Part shown: positions 34,625 to 41,223 of the stretch, one piece after another
How positions within the stretch are numbered: position 1 is the first letter of the stretch
Layout of the letters: the number at the start of each line of letters is the position of its first letter
NCBI GenBank assembly: GCA_964626075.1
Contig: CAZVDD010000020.1
Span: 2,944-66,943, forward strand
Source: an uncultured bacterium
GTDB taxonomy: Bacteria > Hydrothermota > Tepidihabitantia > Tepidihabitantales > Tepidihabitantaceae
DNA: 64,000 bases
Direction: 5' to 3'
Translations under genes and position numbers: made by a program
Notes under the pieces: generated by a model
What the model was told of the DNA's origin: nothing
Seen by the model: the letters and a program-made list of their open reading frames with translations, nothing else
Databases searched by the model: none

Positions 34625-37000
34625 CTACCATAAAAAGTCCAACTGCATACTGACATTGAACCGGCTTTCCCGGCTAACAAAATCGGAAACCGGCGTGCCA
34701 TCACCATAATGGACACCCTCATTGTTCGCGAGTCCGGTATGAGGAAAGTCGCTTATCTTATGCCGGAACTTCAGATAAAAGAGCAGGTGTTCGGAAATCT
34801 GGTCGGTCAGTGCCAGATACCACTTAAACCCCTGCCCATCAACAAAGTCAATGGTGTTGTCCTCAAACAGCCACTCCGACATCCCGGCACTACGCCAGGT
34901 CGCAACACCCAGTTCACCGCTGAAACGCGGTGAAAAGTTGTGTTCCCACTGCACCGCGATGAAGTCACCGTTGATGCTCGCCTCATCACCGTACTTCAGG
35001 GTTGGCGTTAGCACCGTTCGCCCGGAACGCACCTCGGCCGTCAGATAGTCCCAGTTGGAAAGTGAGAGCATCGCCCGCAAGGTTGACTCCAGGGAGAGCG
35101 AATTGGTCGGCACCGCCGGTTTCGGATTTTCTCGCAGTTGTACCTTCTGCTTAAACCTCAATCGCACACCAAAAACCGGCCGATACTCAACCTCGCCTTG
35201 AAACCGACAGTTGTCACTACCCCAGGCAAGGTTGCGCCACACATCCAGATAAGCCCGGGTAATGGTAACCGCCCGCGAAATCTGATAACGCGTCTCAACC
35301 ATAACACCCTCTTCTGCCTTAGGCATCGGAAACTTCGCCAGCGCGGTAAATGCCGGGTCGATGAGCCGATAGGGCTTCTCTAATGTCGTATTTTCAAACC
35401 GCAACTCCTCGCAATAACCCCGATTGTAATGATTGACATAGTTCACATCGTAACGCCGATAAAGGACATTGACATAGAGATAGTCGTACTGGGTACGCGC
35501 CTTGACCAGATAAGCATTGCCGCCGCGCTGCTGGCGGGCAACTTCTCCCTCCAGGGAGAAGTTTTCAATTGCCGTTCGGAAATCGGCACCATAAAACATC
35601 TTTGTTCTGCCGGTATCCAGCCGTAGGTAATTAGGGTCGTTCAGGACTTCAGCATCGCCGGGCAGGTCAAGAAAACGCGCCTCGGGCTGAAAATTTCTAC
35701 TCATCTGACTGGACAAAACCGAGGCACCGATACGAGTCCCGACGGGTAAAAAGCCCAATCCCGATAAATCGAACTTTAAATTACCGCCCGTGCTCGTCTC
35801 CTGCAAAACATCTTTGAAAGTAGGGTAGCGCGGCGTGGAAACAATCAACCAGTTTACGCTACTGTCCGGATTGAGAATCGCATCCCGCTTTGCCCGGGAG
35901 AAGAACCCCAGAAAACCGGTTCGGCCCAGGCGAACCGTACCCGCTGCGCCCCGCATACCAAACCCTAAATTTTCATTTAAGTCGCCGAAAAGCCCTTCTC
36001 TTCGATTGTAAACCCGGGGTAAAAGTTCAAAATCGTTGTCGAGCAAAATCCCCTGTCCCAGTGCCAGCCGATAATCACCAACTATCACCCGTTTCACCGG
36101 TCCCAACTCATCTAACGCCACATAACCTTTCACATCACTTATCACTCCCGGTTCATACAACTTCTGTCCCCCCCAACCACCCAGATGTAATTTGTCTCCC
36201 CAGCGCAATCTTAGCCGGTGACGGGCACTTGCTTCATTTCTCATCCGGGCACGATAGGTGCTTTCAGCATTAAGTCGCTGCCGGAAAAACTCAATCTCTT
36301 CGGTGGTGAATCCCGCCTGCCGGAATTCTGCGGTATCGGTTGCCACTGTTTTAAGCGCCGCAGCAAACTCACTTGGGTCAACAACCACATCCCAATCCGG
36401 GCTGGTCTCCAACTTAATCCGGTAGTTACCACCCCATCGGTTCTGACCCGCCCGGTCGGTAAATTTTACATAGTGACGCATCCCCCGGTAACCATAGGTT
36501 GACAACCCATCCACCCGACTGGCAAGGTCGCGCCGGCTTTCTATCTTTCCACCCCCTTTCAGGTACTTAACCACCGCCACCGCATCCAGGAGCGAAACAT
36601 TCTCCAGCGTCAACAGGTCGTCAACCGTTGCCCGATTGATGTTCAACGGGTCAACTAAAAGGTCCTGCCACTCTTCGACGACCGCTTTACTCGGGCCATC
36701 TTCACTTGCCAGCCGCCGCTGAATGCGCAGCAGGTTCTCCTCCTGAACTTCCTCCCAGTCACGCCGGCTGATGTAAATCAGCGGCTTCAACTCCTTTAGT
36801 TTTTCCGGGGTGATACCGGGTATTTGCAAAAGGTCGTAAATACTGTTCAGCCGCCCGTACAAAAGGAGATATTGATAAATCTGCTGCGCCGTAACCGAAT
36901 CAACCGGCAACTGCCGGATATCTTCAAAACGGGCGTTGTTGATATCCAGCTGCCGGTCAGGCGTAAAAGTAGCAATCAGGAAAATGAACACCCAGACCAT
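34625..37000 (-). CDS. outer-membrane protein with two N-terminal ComEA-like helix-hairpin-helix modules and a large C-terminal beta-barrel-like region
   Basis: 791 aa. HhH module 1 reads LDINNARFEDIRQLP...LLQIPGITPEKLKELKPLIY. HhH module 2 reads LNINRATVDDLLTLENVSLLDAVAVVKYLK. The remaining ~600 aa are beta-rich and end ...MQLDFLW. Confidence 0.65.
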   Translation of the reverse strand: MVWVFIFLIATFTPDRQLDINNARFEDIRQLPVDSVTAQQIYQYLLLYGRLNSIYDLLQIPGITPEKLKELKPLIYISRRDWEEVQEENLLRIQRRLASEDGPSKAVVEEWQDLLVDPLNINRATVDDLLTLENVSLLDAVAVVKYLKGGGKIESRRDLASRVDGLSTYGYRGMRHYVKFTDRAGQNRWGGNYRIKLETSPDWDVVVDPSEFAAALKTVATDTAEFRQAGFTTEEIEFFRQRLNAESTYRARMRNEASARHRLRLRWGDKLHLGGWGGQKLYEPGVISDVKGYVALDELGPVKRVIVGDYRLALGQGILLDNDFELLPRVYNRREGLFGDLNENLGFGMRGAAGTVRLGRTGFLGFFSRAKRDAILNPDSSVNWLIVSTPRYPTFKDVLQETSTGGNLKFDLSGLGFLPVGTRIGASVLSSQMSRNFQPEARFLDLPGDAEVLNDPNYLRLDTGRTKMFYGADFRTAIENFSLEGEVARQQRGGNAYLVKARTQYDYLYVNVLYRRYDVNYVNHYNRGYCEELRFENTTLEKPYRLIDPAFTALAKFPMPKAEEGVMVETRYQISRAVTITRAYLDVWRNLAWGSDNCRFQGEVEYRPVFGVRLRFKQKVQLRENPKPAVPTNSLSLESTLRAMLSLSNWDYLTAEVRSGRTVLTPTLKYGDEASINGDFIAVQWEHNFSPRFSGELGVATWRSAGMSEWLFEDNTIDFVDGQGFKWYLALTDQISEHLLFYLKFRHKISDFPHTGLANNEGVHYGDGTPVSDFVSRESRFNVSMQLDFLW

Positions 37001-37005
37001 CAGCG

Positions 37006-37827
37006 TTAAAATTTCACCAGCACCCCGAAGTTGTGCGTCAAGGGTAAAACCGGATGGGTTTTGAGCGCATAATCAACCCGGACCCGTTCCACGCCGCTAC
37101 CCAACCCAAAAGAAAACGTTACCGGCTCGGTACTGGCGCCGGCACGCAGCGTCAGGTACCGAGGGATGATTTCAAACTCCTGTCCCAGGGCAATTCTGGT
37201 CCGCATCCCCGGCTCCTTGGAAAATCCCAGGGCGGAATGAATACCCGGGGTCGGCGAAAAACCCAGTCCAAACGCCAGAATTCGGCTAATTTCCGACTCG
37301 CCAATCCTGGGCAAATTTATATTGTGGACATAAAAACCTGCGCTCCAGAAGCGGTGCACCCGGACAAACATTCCCAGATCCAGACCTGCTGTCCAGCCCT
37401 GACCGTAATCCTTTTGATAAAGGTTGTACCCGTTTAGCCCATAACCAAAAAATATCCCTTCTGCCAGTTCAAACCCGTGCGCCAGTTTTATTGACCGCTG
37501 CGATTGAAGAGAAAAGCCGGTCTCCTGAACCCGCAGACCAAAAGTCCCTAACTTCTTGACAGGTATGCCCATGCCGGCGTAAACCGTATGCAAACCAACA
37601 TCAACACCGCTGTAAAGCAACTTATAAAACCCCAGGAACTGCCGTTCCGGCACCTGCGCCAGTCCTGCGGGATTAAAATCAATCGCGCTGATGTCATCTG
37701 CCAGTGCCCAAAAAGCACCGCCCATACCATCTGCGCGCACGCCGGTACCGTCGTCTTCAAAAATGGCATACCCGGAAGAAAAAAGAACCGCCCAAACCAC
37801 GACCAATGTCGCAAAATTTGCCTTCAT
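37006..37827 (-). CDS. PorV/PorQ-like outer-membrane beta-barrel protein
   Basis: Signal peptide MKANFATLVVVWAVLFSSGYA. Signature GVRADGMGGAFWALADDISAIDFNPAGLA. Ends ...GVLVKF. Start taken at ATG 37827 rather than the upstream TTG at 37863. Confidence 0.7.
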   Translation of the reverse strand: MKANFATLVVVWAVLFSSGYAIFEDDGTGVRADGMGGAFWALADDISAIDFNPAGLAQVPERQFLGFYKLLYSGVDVGLHTVYAGMGIPVKKLGTFGLRVQETGFSLQSQRSIKLAHGFELAEGIFFGYGLNGYNLYQKDYGQGWTAGLDLGMFVRVHRFWSAGFYVHNINLPRIGESEISRILAFGLGFSPTPGIHSALGFSKEPGMRTRIALGQEFEIIPRYLTLRAGASTEPVTFSFGLGSGVERVRVDYALKTHPVLPLTHNFGVLVKF

Positions 37828-37835
37828 TAAACTCA

Positions 37836-37863
37836 ATTCTATCCAGTGTGATTTTTGAGTCAA
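37836..37863 (-). promoter_or_regulatory. sigma-70-type promoter abutting the PorV-like gene start (implies a leaderless mRNA)
   Basis: On the minus strand: TTGACT (37863-37858), 16-nt spacer, TAGAAT (37841-37836). ATG 37827 lies 8 nt downstream with no SD. Confidence 0.5.
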
Positions 37864-37993
37864 GTTAAAGGTCTTTACGGTACAAGCAAGGCGATGCTAC
37901 CCCTTATTTATACCCCTTTTTTTCTATCACCCCTTTTATCATCCTTCTTAGTCTATTGAAAACCATTTTCGAGACCATTTCGCGCCTATCTTA

Positions 37994-38188
37994 TCGATAA
38001 TCAACAGGGTGCCAACTAAAACCGTCTAAGACACCCTTTTATTACCAACTATCCTGATAATCTGCTGACCGGTTTTGAGTACTGTCCTGAGTTGTATTTC
38101 CGGTTCTGTTCCCGGTGGTGTTTTCCGGTCAGAACTGATATGAATCGTGGCTGCAGGCAGGTAAGTGCCATTCTGTTCTAATCCTGAC
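37994..38188 (-). repeat. 195-bp noncoding repeat, copy 2 (inverted partner of 18291-18485)
   Basis: The reverse complement aligns without gaps to copy 1 at about 91% identity. It ends in the perfect palindrome TTATCGATAA (37991-38000). Confidence 0.9.
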
Positions 38189-38286
38189 TCCTTTTATATT
38201 AAATCGGCTTGCTTCGGCTTCGGCGGGCAATGACAGGACAGAAAGACTGTACATCGCTTTGGTGGCGGAATAACAGCCGGTAACGA

Positions 38287-38655
38287 CTACGGTGCAGAAA
38301 ACAACCGCTTGACTATCTGATGGATTCGGGAAATATTGATGAGCGAATCTGCCGGTAAAATTTTGCCCCATTCACTAAACTGTTCCGCAGGCAAATTTTC
38401 CAACAACCGCTCTTCGTCGTACTCTTTCCAATCTTCGTCAAGTTCCATCGTATCACCAGTCCCAATCTGATTCTCAACCTGGGCACGCGCTGCCGCGATA
38501 AAGGCCGGTTCCGGAAACGCCCTCTTAGACTCCTCAGCCGCCATTAAAATTAGCAGTAAAGCGATTCCAACAACAATCAACAACTGTAAATTCTCCCTCA
38601 CCATTATAATTATAGCAAAATTGGTGCCTTTTGCCACTTTTTCTTTTGACATCAT
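38287..38655 (-). CDS. hypothetical membrane-anchored acidic protein
   Basis: Start taken at ATG 38655 (MMSKEK...), because the longer ORF would overlap mnmG. One TM helix (LLIVVGIALLLILMA) and an acidic C-terminal part. Confidence 0.45.
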   Translation of the reverse strand: MMSKEKVAKGTNFAIIIMVRENLQLLIVVGIALLLILMAAEESKRAFPEPAFIAAARAQVENQIGTGDTMELDEDWKEYDEERLLENLPAEQFSEWGKILPADSLINISRIHQIVKRLFSAP

Positions 38656-38673
38656 TGCCCACTGATTTACAAT
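38646..38673 (+). promoter_or_regulatory. sigma-70-type promoter abutting the mnmG start (implies a leaderless mRNA)
   Basis: TTGACA (38646-38651), 16-nt spacer, TACAAT (38668-38673). ATG 38681 lies 7 nt downstream with no SD. Confidence 0.5.
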
Positions 38674-38680
38674 TTTTAAG

Positions 38681-40543
38681 ATGGAGCCCCAGCGTTTTGA
38701 TGTGATTGTCGTCGGTGGTGGCCATGCCGGTTGCGAAGCCGCACTGGCCAGCGCCCGAATGGGCTGTACCACCCTGCTCTTAACTCAGAACCTCGACACC
38801 ATCGCGTTGATGTCCTGTAATCCCGCGGTCGGTGGCATTGGCAAGGGTCAGCTGGTCAAAGAACTTGACGCCCTCGGTGGTCAGATGGCGCTCATCACCG
38901 ACCAAGCAGGAATCCACTTCCGCCAGTTGAACACGAGCAAAGGCCGGGCGGTGCGTTCTTCCCGCGTCCAGGTTGACCGTCAGTTGTACCGACAGCTGAT
39001 GCGCGCCCAACTGGAAAAAATCGAACATCTTACCATCCGTCAGGGCACGGCACAGCGCCTCATCACGCGGGGTAAAACCGTTTGCGGTGTTGAGACTGAA
39101 ATCGGCGAAAAGTTTCGCGGTAAAGCGGTTATCCTCGCACCCGGCACCTTTTTATCCGGCCTCGTCCATATCGGGCTAACTCATTTTCCTGCGGGCCGGT
39201 TGGGTGAAGCACCGGCCAATCTTTTGAGTGAAAACCTCCGGGAACTCGGGTTTCGCCTCGGTCGATTCAAAACCGGCACGCCCCCGCGCATTGACATCCG
39301 TACCGTTAATCTTCAAAAATTGCCGAGCCAACCGGGTGATGAACCGCCCAACCCTTTTTCCTTCTGGACCGATGAACCGCTGAAAAACCGTGCCGTCTGT
39401 TACATCACCTACACCACACCCAAAACCCATCGCATCGTCAAATCCGGGCTGAAACATTCACCCCTCTACGCCGGCATTATCAAAGGCAAAGGGGTCCGTT
39501 ACTGCCCTTCAATTGAAGACAAAGTTGTCAAATTTCCCGAGCGGGAACGCCACCATATCTTCCTCGAACCCGAAGGGGTAAACACTGTCGAATGTTATCC
39601 CAACGGAATTTCCACCAGCCTGCCGGTCGAAACTCAGGAAAAGATGCTCCACTCCATTCCCGGGCTCGAAAACTGCCGGATGATGCGGCCGGGCTATGCA
39701 ATCGAACACGACTACTCCGACCCCACCCAGTTGTATCCCACACTGGAAACCCGGCTGATTAAAAACCTTTACTTCGCCGGCCAGATCAACGGTACCACCG
39801 GCTACGAAGAAGCCGCCGTTCAGGGACTCATCGCCGGCATCAACGCTGCCCTCCGGGTTAAAAGCAAGCCACCTTTTACCATCTCCCGAGCCGAAGGTTA
39901 TATCGGTGTCCTGATTGACGACCTTGTAACCCGGGGCACCGATGAACCGTACCGGATGTTCACTGCCCGGGTTGAATATCGACTGCTTTTACGGGAAGAC
40001 AACGCCGACATACGGCTTGGTCCCAGAGGTTTTGAACTCGGTTTGCTGCCCGCGGAACGCTACCGGCTTATTGAAGAAAAAGCCCGTCAGTTTAACGCCA
40101 CAATTGACTGGCTAAAAAAATCCAGGGTAAAACCGTCACCCGAAATTAACCGGCGTTTGAAAAAACTGGGCACCGGTCCGCTTAACGAAACAACTGCGGC
40201 AATTGAACTGCTCCGTCGCCCAGAAATCACCTACGAAGACCTACGAACAATCCTGCCCACAGCGCCGGCAATTGCAAAATCGGCTCAGGATTTAGTTGAA
40301 GTGGAGGTAAAGTATGAAGGCTATATCAACCGCACCCGGCGTCAGGTCGCCGAATTTCAAGAACTGGAACAGATTCGAATTCCGGCAAATATTGACTACC
40401 ATGCCGTGCCCGGACTTTCCACAGAGCTACGCGAAAAACTGGCACGGATTCGGCCCGAATCACTGGGGCAAGCCCAAAACATTCCGGGTATCACCCCAGC
40501 CGCAATCTTTGCCTTAACCGTATTTATAAAGGGGGCAAAATGA
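38681..40543 (+). CDS. mnmG: tRNA uridine 5-carboxymethylaminomethyl modification enzyme MnmG (GidA)
   Basis: 620 aa. FAD-binding N-terminus DVIVVGGGHAGCEAA and conserved GidA motifs (GPRYCPSIEDK-like: GVRYCPSIEDK). Confidence 0.95.
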   Translation: MEPQRFDVIVVGGGHAGCEAALASARMGCTTLLLTQNLDTIALMSCNPAVGGIGKGQLVKELDALGGQMALITDQAGIHFRQLNTSKGRAVRSSRVQVDRQLYRQLMRAQLEKIEHLTIRQGTAQRLITRGKTVCGVETEIGEKFRGKAVILAPGTFLSGLVHIGLTHFPAGRLGEAPANLLSENLRELGFRLGRFKTGTPPRIDIRTVNLQKLPSQPGDEPPNPFSFWTDEPLKNRAVCYITYTTPKTHRIVKSGLKHSPLYAGIIKGKGVRYCPSIEDKVVKFPERERHHIFLEPEGVNTVECYPNGISTSLPVETQEKMLHSIPGLENCRMMRPGYAIEHDYSDPTQLYPTLETRLIKNLYFAGQINGTTGYEEAAVQGLIAGINAALRVKSKPPFTISRAEGYIGVLIDDLVTRGTDEPYRMFTARVEYRLLLREDNADIRLGPRGFELGLLPAERYRLIEEKARQFNATIDWLKKSRVKPSPEINRRLKKLGTGPLNETTAAIELLRRPEITYEDLRTILPTAPAIAKSAQDLVEVEVKYEGYINRTRRQVAEFQELEQIRIPANIDYHAVPGLSTELREKLARIRPESLGQAQNIPGITPAAIFALTVFIKGAK

Positions 40544-41223
40544 GTCTAATACAACTCCGGACCGAACTGGAGTCTTTCTGTCGCAACCGAGGCGTAGTCG
40601 CCTTCGGTGTCGCCGAAACGAAAGATATCAACACCGCCGACGCCGCTTTGGCACCCGAAACATTCACCCGTCTGCCTTTTGCAATATCCCTTGCCGTCCC
40701 GCTATCTTCGGAGGTCCTGGCAACCTTAATTGACCACCCCAACCATCTTTACGAACACCACTACCGTCAGTTGAACTTTGCCCTTGACCGCATTGCGCTG
40801 GAACTGGTATGGCGCCTGCAGCAGTCCGGTTACAATGCCCTGCCGATACCCGCCTCCCAGGTTGTTGACTGGGAAAATCAGCGTGGCCACCTGTCCCACA
40901 AACGGGTCGCAATCGCCGCCGGCATAGGCTGGCTGGGAAGAAACAACCTCTTAATTACACCCGAATTCGGTGCTCAGGTAAGGCTGGTAACCGTTCTCAC
41001 CGACCTGCCCCTTGACCCCGGTGCACCGTTAAAACATGACTGCGGCAGTTGTTACCGCTGTATTGAAGTCTGTCCCGCACAGGCGATAAAGCAAAGTCCC
41101 ACCGATTTTGACCACCGCGCCTGCTTTGAGAAGTTAAAGGAGTTTCAGCGCCAGCGATTTGTCCACCAGTTCATCTGCGGCCTATGTGTCCGTGCCTGCC
41201 CCGGGCAGAACACCTACCGCTGA
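40540..41223 (+). CDS. 4Fe-4S protein, epoxyqueuosine reductase (QueG)-like
   Basis: 227 aa with two Cys clusters (CGSCYRCIEVCP and CGLCVRACP). Overlaps the mnmG stop by 4 nt. Confidence 0.5.
   Translation: MSLIQLRTELESFCRNRGVVAFGVAETKDINTADAALAPETFTRLPFAISLAVPLSSEVLATLIDHPNHLYEHHYRQLNFALDRIALELVWRLQQSGYNALPIPASQVVDWENQRGHLSHKRVAIAAGIGWLGRNNLLITPEFGAQVRLVTVLTDLPLDPGAPLKHDCGSCYRCIEVCPAQAIKQSPTDFDHRACFEKLKEFQRQRFVHQFICGLCVRACPGQNTYR

Noticed and set aside
37998-38014. A TGGCAC motif in repeat copy 2 (minus strand TGGCACcctgtTGAT) that resembles a sigma-54 -24 element.
   Set aside because: The -12 position reads GA rather than GC. The GG of the -24 element is not conserved in copy 1, which reads TAGCAC.
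18291-38188. The imperfect repeat pair could be the template and variable repeats of a diversity-generating retroelement.
   Set aside because: The mismatches involve all four bases and are not confined to adenines of one copy. Neither copy lies at the 3' end of a coding sequence. No reverse transcriptase gene is in the window.
18291-38188. The repeat could be a MITE or IS remnant.
   Set aside because: I found no terminal inverted repeats at the element ends, no flanking target-site duplication, and no transposase or integrase anywhere in the window. I cannot exclude it without genome-wide copy counts, so it remains an alternative under the main finding.
38129-38371. An 80-aa ORF on the minus strand that overlaps the start of repeat copy 2.
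   Set aside because: It has no SD and an implausible composition. Its 3' end runs into the repeat in a frame that is closed in copy 1.
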